Shown: one piece after another, positions 29,959 through 39,056 of the stretch
How the letters are laid out: each line of letters opens with the position of its first letter
Numbering within the stretch: position 1 is the first letter of the stretch
Assembly: GCA_003249015.1 (NCBI GenBank)
Contig: QBLS01000017.1
Location: forward strand, 12,951-76,950
Origin: Pseudanabaena sp.
GTDB taxonomy: Bacteria > Cyanobacteriota > Cyanobacteriia > Pseudanabaenales > Pseudanabaenaceae
Length of the DNA stretch: 64,000 nt
Direction of reading: 5' to 3'
Notes under the pieces: model-generated
Seen by the model: the letters and a program-made list of their open reading frames with translations, nothing else
Database searches by the model: none
What the model was told of the DNA's origin: nothing
Made by a program: the position numbers and the translations under genes

Positions 29959-29972
29959 GTATCAGGCAATAC
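29959..29972 (-). promoter_or_regulatory. Candidate NtcA box (GTA-N8-TAC) far upstream of urtA
   Basis: gtatcaggcaatac. A TATAAG-like -10 box lies 19 nt downstream on the minus strand. This implies a 5-prime UTR of about 210 nt, and the spacing is not ideal. Confidence 0.3.
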
Positions 29973-29975
29973 TTT

Positions 29976-32945
29976 TTATGTCCTGTCAATGACGCAGCAA
30001 GAATTGGCAAGATCGGCAAACAAGTATAAATTTTTCTTACTTAAAAGCTTCTCCACAGCCAAAACATCAAGGGGTCTGGCAAATAGGAATCCTTGTCCAT
30101 GGAGATAGTGAAGTTCTTTAAGTTTAATGAGTTGGGGCAGAGTCTCGATACCTTCGGAGATGGACTGAATGCCTAACTGATGGCTAAGAGTGGCGATCGT
30201 CTCGACAATACGATAGTTTTTGTTGCTGTCGGTCATCTGATTTACAAAGGAGCGATCAACTTTGACGCTAGTGATCGGCAATAGGTGGAGATAGCTGAGG
30301 GATGAGTAGCCCGTCCCAAAATCATCAATACTAATCTCTAGTCCCCTTGTTCTCAGTTTTGTGAGCGTGGCGATCGTCGCTTCTACATTTTCAATAACCA
30401 TCCGCTCCGTGATTTCGATAGTCAAAAGATGTGGGGGGAATTGTGTTTGGGCTATAACTTGGTCGATCTGTTCAATGAGATCTGGATGTTGCAGATCTTG
30501 AGAGGATAAATTTACATTTACTTTTAAGTCAGAAAATTCTGGGAAAGTTTTGTGCCAAGTGACCAGTTGTCGGCAAGCTTCCCTGAGTACCCAGTGGCTC
30601 AGTTGGTGGATGATGCCCATCTCCTCGGCAACAGGTATAAATTCATTGGGACTTTTCCACCCTTGAGTGGGGTGATGCCAACGGATTAGAGCTTCAAAGC
30701 CCAGTAACTTGCCAGTTCTCAAGCAAACTAGGGGTTGATAATGTAAGGAAAATGCTTGAATTTCGATCGCTTGGCGGAGATCATTTTCCAAGTTCATCCG
30801 AATTAGGGCTTGGCGATGCATGGTGGTGTCAAAGATTTCGTATCGCGACTTGCCCTGACTTTTGGCACGATACATAGCAATATCTGCGTCTCGCAGTAGC
30901 TCGGAGGCTTGATGGTAGTCAGTGGAGCCGAAAACTATACCTACGCTACAGGATGTATATACTTGACGATCGCCAAGTATAAGAGGGACTTGAAGAGAAT
31001 TGAGTAACCTTTGCGTAGCATGAACTGCTTCTTGGATATCTTGGATGTCCTCTAATAAGACGACAAACTCGTCACCGCCAATTCTGGCTATGAGATCGAT
31101 TTCGCGAAATGTCCTTTTTAACTGTTGTGCTATGGCGATCAATAAGCGATCGCCTACTAAATGTCCAAGGCTATCGTTAACAATTTTAAATCGATCAAGG
31201 TCAAGAAATAAAACTGCAAATCTATAGCTATCGTGGCGGTGAATTCGATGGATGGCAAGCTCTAATCGCTCGGACAGAAGCTGTCGATTGGGCAGTCCAG
31301 TTAGCGCATCATGGAGCGAATCATATGCTAACTTTGTTTGAGTTTGGATACGTTCGGTGACATCTCGCGAAGTGGTCTGCAATTGTATAATTACTCCATT
31401 TTTGTCCCTGATGGGCTTGGTAAGAGTTTCAAACCAAATGTAATTTCCTGACTTTTGCCTGATCCGATAGGTGCTAGGTACAGATTTTCCTTGGAGGGCT
31501 TGGGTGTGAATGTTTTGAAGAAGATGCTCGCAGTCATCAGGATGGAAGAGGCTGTAGGGATCACGACCAATCATTTCATCATAACTATAGCCCAGTAAGG
31601 TCTCACAGGAGGGGCTAACGTAGGTGTAGCGTCCATCAGGCTGATGCAAGCAAACTAGATCATTTGTATTTTCAGATAACAAGCGATAGCGAGCTTCACT
31701 TTCTTGTAATGCTAATTCGGCGTTTTTGCGATCAGTAATGTCACGAATTAAGATAATCGCTTCATTTTCCCCACTTACGGCAATTCGCGCCTCTTCGCAC
31801 CGAAATTCATCTTTAACATTGATTCGGTATTCATGAAATTGAAGTTTTCCTGTTATGAAGGCTTGTTCTACAAGGTACATCCGCTCTTGAGCTAGCTGTG
31901 GCTCTAGGACATCAGAAATTCTCTTGCCGATGAGATTTTCAAGAGGTATGGCAAATTCTATTTCATTAGCACCAATGCTACCCAGATACAAACCATCACG
32001 ACTAACACGAATGATTAAATCAGGGATAGCGTTTATAAGTGCTTGATTAGTTTCGTTGGCGCGAGATAGCTCTATTTCCGCTTGCTTATGCTTAGTAAGA
32101 TCGATATCTACGCAATAAATCTCCCGATCTCCCTCAGTATTCGTCAACATAATGTGACTGGAATATACTGCCACATCAGAACCATCTTTACGCATTAATA
32201 TCAATTCATCAGCAGGAATAATTTCACCATTCTCAACCCAATTCTGAATTCTTGCAATCACATCTTGGTGCATTGATGGAGGAATAATTAGATCCTCAAG
32301 TTTTTGACCTATGGCTTCATCTTTTGTATAGCCATAAAATTCCGTGCTTGCCTCATTCCAGTAAATAACTTGGCGCTGAACATCGTAGCCCTGGACTGCA
32401 ATTTTAGGCGTGGATTCAAATAATTTGCGAAATCGATGTTCGGTTTTTTCAAGGGACTTTCTTTCACTGATGTCTTGAAAAGTAGCGATCACGTAAATGA
32501 CTTGATTTTGACTGTCAAATATGGGCGTTGCGGTTACTTCTAGGCACAAAGTCCGATCAGCATGGCGGATCTCTAAGTCATTGGCTTTGGCATTTCTTCC
32601 TTGCAGAGCGATCGAGCTAGGTAGTGCCTCAATTGGGTATAACTCTTGACTGTTGGCGCGATATACCTTGAAGGAGTCTGACAAGCTATCGCTATCTACT
32701 TCTGTGGTGTGTTTTATGCCTAATAAATTTTGCCCTGTATTATTGATATAAATGAGCTTGCCCGTTGAGTCATGTACTGCAAGTCCGATGGGTGTGGCAT
32801 CAAGAATTTGTTCGAGTCGGCTCTCAACCCCTGACATCTCCACAATGGGGATCAGTTTGTTCACCAGATTTTTGACCGACTCTGGCACATTGTCCCAGTC
32901 TTTGGGAGGAATACTGTCAATTAATGAAAGAAGTCGTTTTTCCAT
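29976..32945 (-). CDS. Multi-PAS sensor with GGDEF and EAL domains (c-di-GMP turnover)
   Basis: 989 aa. Several PAS/PAC repeats, intact RIGGDEF with an RxxD I-site (REID), and an EAL domain (GFEALIRW, DDFGTGYSS). Confidence 0.87.
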   Translation of the reverse strand: MEKRLLSLIDSIPPKDWDNVPESVKNLVNKLIPIVEMSGVESRLEQILDATPIGLAVHDSTGKLIYINNTGQNLLGIKHTTEVDSDSLSDSFKVYRANSQELYPIEALPSSIALQGRNAKANDLEIRHADRTLCLEVTATPIFDSQNQVIYVIATFQDISERKSLEKTEHRFRKLFESTPKIAVQGYDVQRQVIYWNEASTEFYGYTKDEAIGQKLEDLIIPPSMHQDVIARIQNWVENGEIIPADELILMRKDGSDVAVYSSHIMLTNTEGDREIYCVDIDLTKHKQAEIELSRANETNQALINAIPDLIIRVSRDGLYLGSIGANEIEFAIPLENLIGKRISDVLEPQLAQERMYLVEQAFITGKLQFHEYRINVKDEFRCEEARIAVSGENEAIILIRDITDRKNAELALQESEARYRLLSENTNDLVCLHQPDGRYTYVSPSCETLLGYSYDEMIGRDPYSLFHPDDCEHLLQNIHTQALQGKSVPSTYRIRQKSGNYIWFETLTKPIRDKNGVIIQLQTTSRDVTERIQTQTKLAYDSLHDALTGLPNRQLLSERLELAIHRIHRHDSYRFAVLFLDLDRFKIVNDSLGHLVGDRLLIAIAQQLKRTFREIDLIARIGGDEFVVLLEDIQDIQEAVHATQRLLNSLQVPLILGDRQVYTSCSVGIVFGSTDYHQASELLRDADIAMYRAKSQGKSRYEIFDTTMHRQALIRMNLENDLRQAIEIQAFSLHYQPLVCLRTGKLLGFEALIRWHHPTQGWKSPNEFIPVAEEMGIIHQLSHWVLREACRQLVTWHKTFPEFSDLKVNVNLSSQDLQHPDLIEQIDQVIAQTQFPPHLLTIEITERMVIENVEATIATLTKLRTRGLEISIDDFGTGYSSLSYLHLLPITSVKVDRSFVNQMTDSNKNYRIVETIATLSHQLGIQSISEGIETLPQLIKLKELHYLHGQGFLFARPLDVLAVEKLLSKKNLYLFADLANSCCVIDRT

Positions 32946-32994
32946 GCCTAGCTCACTGATAACTTTGGTACTCCCTTCCCCGCGAATAATTAGT

Positions 32995-33107
32995 TATAGC
33001 TGTCGCCAGTCTTGTTAGGACACAAAACCAGAAGATGAGTGGCGTGGCTTTGCGCCGCCACTCGCTTATTGGGTTTTAATTTGTCCCAATACAAGTGTCT
33101 ACAGCTA
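32995..33107. mobile_element. Family A MITE-like element, full length (~113 bp) with terminal inverted repeats
   Basis: tatagctgtcgccagtcttgttaggacacaaaaccagaag..gagtggcg..cgccactc..gggttttaatttgtcccaatacaagtgtctacagctaca. The TIRs are also seen at 54690-54805. Confidence 0.65.
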
Positions 33108-33110
33108 CAT

Positions 33111-33214
33111 TAAGTAGATCACTATAATTAAAACCTAAAATCAGAAGCTGTCCCGCCCGCGTAGCGGGCGGGATAGCTTTCTAGGTTTTAGTTCACTTAT
33201 GATTAGCTACTTAC
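33111..33214. mobile_element. Family B MITE-like element (~104 bp)
   Basis: TAAGTAGATC...AAAACCTAAAATCAGAAG..CCGCCCGC-GTA-GCGGGCGG..CTAGGTTTTAG...TAGCTACTTA. Starts 3 bp after the family A copy ends. Confidence 0.65.
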
Positions 33215-33218
33215 CAAA

Positions 33219-33309
33219 TCAAGAGATGGCGTCGCCACTTCTTGAGTTAAAAACCTAATACTGGGTTTGGCTTTTAATTCACAAAAGTGTTGTTATGCTT
33301 TTGTGAATT
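33219..33309. repeat. Composite D-like + C hairpin unit
   Basis: tcaagagatggc-gtc-gccacttcttga ... ctgggttt..ttttaattcacaaaagtgt-tgttatg-cttttgtgaatt. The same two-hairpin unit and linker recur at 40764-40855. Confidence 0.6.
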
Positions 33310-33319
33310 GTTATTACTG

Positions 33320-36300
33320 CTATGTCTGCGATTCGATCGCCCCTTCCGCATCATTGGCGATCGCCTTTAGGCGATCTAAAATATCTGCATTTACATCTTG
33401 CCACATCCCGCGCTGATTTGCTTCTAGTAAGCGTTCCGACATATCTCGCAACGCCCAAGGGTTGCTAGACTTAATGAAATTTTGGACTTCAGGATTAAAG
33501 ATATACGCCTCCGCCACGCCCTCATACATAAAGTCAGAAACGCAGTTAGTTGTAGCATCGTAGGCAAACAGATAATCAAGGGTTGCTGACATCTCAAAAG
33601 CCCCTTTATAACCGTGACGCATCGCTCCTGCTATCCATTTGGGGTTAATTACACGCGATCGATAGACACGCGCAATCTCTTCACTCAACTTGCGAACCTT
33701 GGGCTGCGCCATCCGTGAATTATCGCCAAAGTAGACCTCTGGCGCTTCGCCAGATATAGATTTGATTGCGGTGGTCATCCCGCCCTGAAACTGGTAATAA
33801 TCATCAGAATCGAGAATGTCATGTTCGCGATTGTCTTGGTTTTGTAACACAATTTGCATATTGCCAAGCCTTTGATTAAAAGCTTCGGGAGCCGATTTAC
33901 CTTCAGATTTGCTGGTGTAGGCGTAGGCACTCCAATTGATATAGGCGCGGGCTAAGTCTTGTTCGCTTTCCCAGTTTTGTGACTCGATTAAACCCTGTAA
34001 ACCTGCACCATAGGCACTAGGCTTCGAGCCAAATACGCGATAACGCGATCGCTCTTCAGCTTGTTCTAAGGTTAGTCCTTCTTCTTGCCATTGTACCGAT
34101 TCTGTCTGGACTCTTGCTGCGAGAGGATTCTGATCAGCAGGTTCATCAAGATTAGCAACTGCATTCACCGCACTATCAAATAAATCAATGAGATTTGGAA
34201 ACGCATCTCGAAAGAATCCCGAAATCCTCAAGGTGACATCCACACGGGGACGACCGAGGATTGATAAGGGCAAAATCTCAAAATCCACTACGCGACGCGA
34301 TACGCCATCCCAAACAGGTTGCACTCCTAATAAAGCCAGAGCTTCCGCAAGGTCATCACCTCCCGTTCGCATGGTAGAAGTTCCCCAAATTGATAGCCCT
34401 AGGGTTTGCGGATATTCGCCATGTTCTTGGGTATAGGTTTCAATCAACACATCCGCAGCCTTGCGCCCAATATCCCAAGCCGTTTCCGTCGGCACTGCCC
34501 GAATATCAACAGAATAGAAGTTCCGTCCTGTGGGCAATACTTCGGGTCTGCCCCTTGTCGGCGCACCTGATGCACCACTAGGCACATATTCACCATTGAG
34601 TCCACGAAGGAGATTAGTAATTTCTTGTGTGGTTCTATAGAGAGATGGCAAAAGGCGATCGCGAATCCATGTTAATTCTGTTTGCGTGCAACAAATCTCT
34701 GCATCATGATGGAGATCTGGGGCGAGCACGGGGGCATCGCCCCTACAAGTTTTTTGATTTTTGATTGGGTAGGGGCAATCCCCCCGTGGTTGCCCTTCTT
34801 GGCTATTGTCAATTGTTCTACTAGACAGAAGAAAATCCACCAACTCTGCTGCATATTCCTCTATAACTTCCACCCCATCGCCAATAATCCGACAATTAGC
34901 TAAACGTGGATGCGAATTTCCTACAAGTAACTCACCTAAATCCGCAGTCAGCGGATCAAAATCTAATTGCCAATCCTGCGCGATCGCCCGCGTTAGCCCC
35001 AAACGATTAGCCGTAGGATTACGGGCGATCGCTACGACCAAATCCCTTAATTGCCGCCCTTCTGGACATTGCCCGAAAATATGCAACCCATCCCGAATTT
35101 GTGCTTCCTTAATTTCGCAAAGATAACCATCGGCTGTCGTGAGAATCGTATTCAGCGAATCCTCTAAACGGTCTAGGGAAATTCCTAGATCATGATAGAG
35201 ATTTTCCTGTTTGATGGTTTCGAGCAGGCGAACGCGAATCATTCCTAAACGGGAAGGATCTAAGGTTTCCGCTTCGTAATATTCATCAATCAAACCTTCC
35301 AATTGTTGCAAGCCACCATACAACTCAGCGCGAGTCATCGGCGGCGTAAGATGATCGAGAATCACCGCTTGCGATCGCCTTTTTGCTTGAGAACCTTCCC
35401 CAGGGTCATTGACAATAAAGGGATAGAAATGAGGCATCGCACCAAAAGCGGCTTCAGGATAGCAATTTTCCGATAGCGCCACACTTTTCCCAGGGAGCCA
35501 TTCGAGATTGCCATGTTTGCCAATGTGGGCGATCGCATGGGCGTTAAACTTATCGCGCACCCAATGATAGAAAGCCATATAGTCATGGGTTGGCTCTAGA
35601 TCGGGCGCATGGTAATTGAGCGTAGGATCTAGATCGTAGCCCCGTGATGGCTGAATACCGACAAAAATATTGCCGAACTGCATACCAGCGATCGCAAATT
35701 CTTTCTCACACTTCGGTTGATTCCATCTTGACTGAATTCCATTTTGGACAGGCTCAGGCAAATTCTGGAAATAGTTTTGATAATCTTCTAAGGCTAAAGA
35801 TTGATTAATCTGACGCATTCCAAAGGATTCGCGATCGTTGGTTACACCTGTAGTTAATAACTTCATCAATTCATCGCTAGTTTCAGGAATCTCCCCAACG
35901 CTATAGCCTGAAATTCGCAGAGCCTTTAGAATCTCTAAACAACTGGCTGGCGTATCTAAACCGACTCCATTGGCTAATCTGCCATCACGATTAGGATAAT
36001 TGGCAAGAATCAGCGCAATCTTGCGATCGCCTATATCCGTATGCTTTAGCTCTATCCACTTCGCCGCCAGATCTGCTACAAAATCAATCCGTGATCGCAC
36101 AGGTTCATAGGTCAATACTTCCGTTTGTAAAGCAAGATTCTGCCCCTGCAGCGCTTTAAAGGAAACTGCCCTTGTGATGATTCTGCCATCAACTTCAGGC
36201 AACACCACATTCATCGCCATATCGCGAGGATTTAGTCCCTGTGTACCATTTGCCCAAGTTTTCTTCAGCCCACCACTAAAAATCACCTGAAACACAGGCA

Positions 36301-37195
36301 CATTTAAAGACTCCCAAAGATCGACTTGTGGCGTATCCGTTTTTAAACTTGCTAAAGAGAAGCTAGTCGTATTGAGAATCACATCAACTTTTTGACCAGA
36401 TTCAGGTAAGCAATAACGAATTAATTCCGCTTGCACATCAGGTTCTTTTAATGATGAAACATAGATCGGTAAAGGCATAAGATTACGCTCAGCTAAAGAT
36501 TTACATAAAGCCGCGATCGCCCCCGTATTTCCCGACAAGTAATGAGCGCGATAAAAAAGAATAGCTACCAATCCAATATCCCCCTCAATCCCCCTTAAAA
36601 AGGGGGAAGAAGAAAATTCTCCCCCCTTTCTCAAGGGGGGCTGGGGGGGATCAAATATGCCAATGCGTGGCACTGACTGAGGTGTTTGATATGCTATCGC
36701 TATCTCTAAAAATTCCTTCGCAACAAACTTCAATAAATTCTGATAGTTCTCAATCCCTGCTTCAATGAAATATTGCCAAGCTTGATTTACCAAAGTTAGT
36801 GAAGTTGTGGAATGGCTAGTTAAACTCGGATCAGGACGCTCATCCCCTGGTAATACGATCAACACTGCGCCTGTATTTGTCACAGTTTCCTTAACCACCT
36901 CCAAGCCATAGCTCCAGTAAGACTGTCCCCCAATCAATCGCACAATAATTACTTTCGCTTGCTCTAACACCTCTTCAGCATAGGTATCGATCGCGATTTG
37001 TTGCTGCAATTGCAATACATTCACTACCCGAATCTGCGGAAAATCTTCAGGCAAGTTCGCAGTAGCCGCTGCAAGGGTTTGGATATCCGTATCCGCAGCC
37101 GTGATGATCACAATCGGTGCAGGTTGCTGATCAACAAAAATTACACTGTCGGTGGACTGGTTCCAGTTCCCTGAGATTGTGGCAATACGGTGCAT
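33320..37195 (-). CDS. cobN: Cobaltochelatase subunit CobN
   Basis: About 1290 aa, CobN/Mg-chelatase H family throughout. The N-terminus MHRIATISG.. is typical of CobN, so I prefer the ATG at 37195 over the track's TTG at 37225. Confidence 0.88.
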   Translation of the reverse strand: MHRIATISGNWNQSTDSVIFVDQQPAPIVIITAADTDIQTLAAATANLPEDFPQIRVVNVLQLQQQIAIDTYAEEVLEQAKVIIVRLIGGQSYWSYGLEVVKETVTNTGAVLIVLPGDERPDPSLTSHSTTSLTLVNQAWQYFIEAGIENYQNLLKFVAKEFLEIAIAYQTPQSVPRIGIFDPPQPPLRKGGEFSSSPFLRGIEGDIGLVAILFYRAHYLSGNTGAIAALCKSLAERNLMPLPIYVSSLKEPDVQAELIRYCLPESGQKVDVILNTTSFSLASLKTDTPQVDLWESLNVPVFQVIFSGGLKKTWANGTQGLNPRDMAMNVVLPEVDGRIITRAVSFKALQGQNLALQTEVLTYEPVRSRIDFVADLAAKWIELKHTDIGDRKIALILANYPNRDGRLANGVGLDTPASCLEILKALRISGYSVGEIPETSDELMKLLTTGVTNDRESFGMRQINQSLALEDYQNYFQNLPEPVQNGIQSRWNQPKCEKEFAIAGMQFGNIFVGIQPSRGYDLDPTLNYHAPDLEPTHDYMAFYHWVRDKFNAHAIAHIGKHGNLEWLPGKSVALSENCYPEAAFGAMPHFYPFIVNDPGEGSQAKRRSQAVILDHLTPPMTRAELYGGLQQLEGLIDEYYEAETLDPSRLGMIRVRLLETIKQENLYHDLGISLDRLEDSLNTILTTADGYLCEIKEAQIRDGLHIFGQCPEGRQLRDLVVAIARNPTANRLGLTRAIAQDWQLDFDPLTADLGELLVGNSHPRLANCRIIGDGVEVIEEYAAELVDFLLSSRTIDNSQEGQPRGDCPYPIKNQKTCRGDAPVLAPDLHHDAEICCTQTELTWIRDRLLPSLYRTTQEITNLLRGLNGEYVPSGASGAPTRGRPEVLPTGRNFYSVDIRAVPTETAWDIGRKAADVLIETYTQEHGEYPQTLGLSIWGTSTMRTGGDDLAEALALLGVQPVWDGVSRRVVDFEILPLSILGRPRVDVTLRISGFFRDAFPNLIDLFDSAVNAVANLDEPADQNPLAARVQTESVQWQEEGLTLEQAEERSRYRVFGSKPSAYGAGLQGLIESQNWESEQDLARAYINWSAYAYTSKSEGKSAPEAFNQRLGNMQIVLQNQDNREHDILDSDDYYQFQGGMTTAIKSISGEAPEVYFGDNSRMAQPKVRKLSEEIARVYRSRVINPKWIAGAMRHGYKGAFEMSATLDYLFAYDATTNCVSDFMYEGVAEAYIFNPEVQNFIKSSNPWALRDMSERLLEANQRGMWQDVNADILDRLKAIANDAEGAIESQT
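34726..34789. repeat. Hairpin repeat inserted in frame inside cobN
   Basis: The arms gcacgggggcatcgcccctac and gtaggggcaatccccccgtgg are imperfect inverted repeats around a 22-nt AT-rich loop. Translated in cobN as ..QPRGDCPYPIKNQKTCRGDAPVL.. Confidence 0.6.
36576..36657. repeat. G/C-run double-hairpin repeat inserted in frame inside cobN
   Basis: ccccc-ttaaaaa-ggggg and cccccc-tttctcaa-gggggg, flanked by atatccccc / ggggggatcaaatat. Translated as DPPQPPLRKGGEFSSSPFLRGIEGD. Confidence 0.6.
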
Positions 37196-37239
37196 TAATA
37201 ATCCAAATGGCAATTGTTGGCTCAATCATTATAGTGGAT

Positions 37240-38289
37240 TTAAGCTAAGCGATAATTGCGGGGCGTTTTTCCTGTCCATCTTTTGAAGGCGCGATAAAAT
37301 GCACTGGGTTCAGAAAATCCCAATAAAAAAGCCAAATCGTGAATTGAAGTTTGCTTGTTTTGAATATGCTTTAGCGCTATTTCCTTGCGGGTATCATCAA
37401 GAATTTGTTGATAGGATGTATTCTCAATTTGTAGTTCTCTCTGAAGTTGCCGCACACTAAGCATCAAGGTACGTGCGATCGCCTCAATTGGTGGCACTTC
37501 GCCATGCAAATTCTGGGCAATTATCTGTATTACTTGATAACTACACTTGTGAGCCTGAGATAGATTCGTGAGCATATCATTCGCATGACTCTCAAACATG
37601 GATAGTAAGTTCGCATTTGCCGATCGCACTTCCCAATTCAGAGCATCTATTGAAAAAATCATGCGGTTAACTGATTGCGAAAACTTCACTTGAGTTTGAA
37701 AAATACGCTTATGCTCAGAACAATCTGAGGGAGCAATATGCTGAAACCAAACCTCATAAAGCTGTAGGGTTTTCCCTGTCAGCTTTTGAGTTGCTTTGGA
37801 CAAGGCTGAAAATGTGCTTTCAATGGGATGTCTTGGCTCATCTAGGAGATAATTTTTGACCCCTCCCACAATTTTGCAGTCGCAACATACTAAGCCATCC
37901 AAAATATGATGATGAATGGCTACGCCTTGACTAAATAGGCGAGTGTATTGAGATAGCTTTTCGAGAACCTGTCCATAGTTTTTGCAATTCAGTAAAACAT
38001 AGCCAAGAAGCCCGATCGCTGGCAAGTCAAAAGCTTCCCCAATATGCAAACCAAGATCGCGATCGCCTGTTTTGGTAATCGCCTCTTGCCACAAATGCTT
38101 GAGCAATTCTCCTGAAATTTGGCGATCGGGATCTTCAAGCCAAGCGGGTTCAATTTTGCTTGAACGGTAAATATCTTGCAAATCAATTCCTTGTGCGGCG
38201 ACATACTGCAAGATGTCCCGAGCGATCGCTACTGAAAATTTTGCCTCTTGATGATTTTCTTGACTCGGATCTGAGATTGCATTTTCCAT
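37240..38289 (-). CDS. AraC family transcriptional regulator
   Basis: 349 aa. N-terminal AraC-type ligand-binding-like domain and a C-terminal double HTH (..LAFLLGFSEPSAFYRAFKRWTG). Confidence 0.85.
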   Translation of the reverse strand: MENAISDPSQENHQEAKFSVAIARDILQYVAAQGIDLQDIYRSSKIEPAWLEDPDRQISGELLKHLWQEAITKTGDRDLGLHIGEAFDLPAIGLLGYVLLNCKNYGQVLEKLSQYTRLFSQGVAIHHHILDGLVCCDCKIVGGVKNYLLDEPRHPIESTFSALSKATQKLTGKTLQLYEVWFQHIAPSDCSEHKRIFQTQVKFSQSVNRMIFSIDALNWEVRSANANLLSMFESHANDMLTNLSQAHKCSYQVIQIIAQNLHGEVPPIEAIARTLMLSVRQLQRELQIENTSYQQILDDTRKEIALKHIQNKQTSIHDLAFLLGFSEPSAFYRAFKRWTGKTPRNYRLA

Positions 38290-38310
38290 AATTAGCAGAA
38301 TTTCAAATTT

Positions 38311-38335
38311 GCATCAAAAGTTTGGCATCAAAAGT
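38311..38335. promoter_or_regulatory. 11-bp direct repeat (gcatcaaaagt x2, 14-bp period) in the divergent araC-like promoter region
   Basis: Two exact copies at 38311-38321 and 38325-38335, 22 bp upstream of the AraC-family start codon. Confidence 0.3.
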
Positions 38336-38425
38336 CAACTTTCTGGCGCGTTTTGTCATGTTGGATTTTAGCAAAAAGCCTTAGCTTTAATTCATCAGCA
38401 ATCGCGCCTCACCTTACACAACCCC

Positions 38426-39019
38426 ATGATTTATAAATCTATCCAACCAAGTAGAATTTCAGTATTAGTCATTTCTACGATTTTGACAGGTAGTATTCTT
38501 CTTGTTCAAGAATCCCAATCTCAAACGTTTTCCCAATTACCAGTAGATAAAATTTTACAATCCAAACCAAAAGAATCGGAACTGAAAGAGCCTACAACAG
38601 AAGCCATTCGCCAGCGCAGTTATATCGGAGTTGGTGGTTCAATTGGGCTAAGTGGCAGCACATCAGCATTGGGTACTGGTGGCTTTTCATTATTCTCTAA
38701 AACAGTTTTTACTGACAATTTGTCTATGCACAATAACACAGTAATTTTTGGAACTGGAATTTCATCTTCCTCCTCGAATCTTACCGTTGACTTTCCCATC
38801 CGTGATGCAAATTCTCAGCAGATTATTGTTTCACCTTTTATCGGTGGTGGAGTGATGTTTAGAAATGAGAATGGGCTAAAAATTGCTCCCCATGTCACAG
38901 GCGGAGTAGATGTACCGCTATCGAGAAACATCACGGGAACTGTACAGTTGAATCTCGGTTTACCAAGCGATCGCAAAGCAGATACAGGACTTTTGCTTGG
39001 TGTTGGTTATAGCTTCTAA
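38426..39019 (+). CDS. Small outer-membrane beta-barrel-like protein
   Basis: 197 aa. N-terminal signal-like hydrophobic segment, Gly/Ser-rich alternating pattern and a C-terminal ..GVGYSF ending in Phe, a typical OMP terminus. Confidence 0.5.
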   Translation: MIYKSIQPSRISVLVISTILTGSILLVQESQSQTFSQLPVDKILQSKPKESELKEPTTEAIRQRSYIGVGGSIGLSGSTSALGTGGFSLFSKTVFTDNLSMHNNTVIFGTGISSSSSNLTVDFPIRDANSQQIIVSPFIGGGVMFRNENGLKIAPHVTGGVDVPLSRNITGTVQLNLGLPSDRKADTGLLLGVGYSF

Positions 39020-39056
39020 CTTTTTTATGTACAAATAAAATTAATAGGAATTAACA

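Noticed and set aside
34672-34903. Two small ORFs (60 and 73 aa) with HGGIAPT/GAIPP-type peptides inside cobN
   Set aside because: They are alternative-frame translations of the hairpin repeat inserted in cobN, not independent genes.
37196-37239. A cobalamin riboswitch upstream of cobN
   Set aside because: Only 44 nt separate cobN from the upstream AraC-family gene, and no B12-box-like sequence was seen here or in 38290-38425. This could not be tested with a covariance model.
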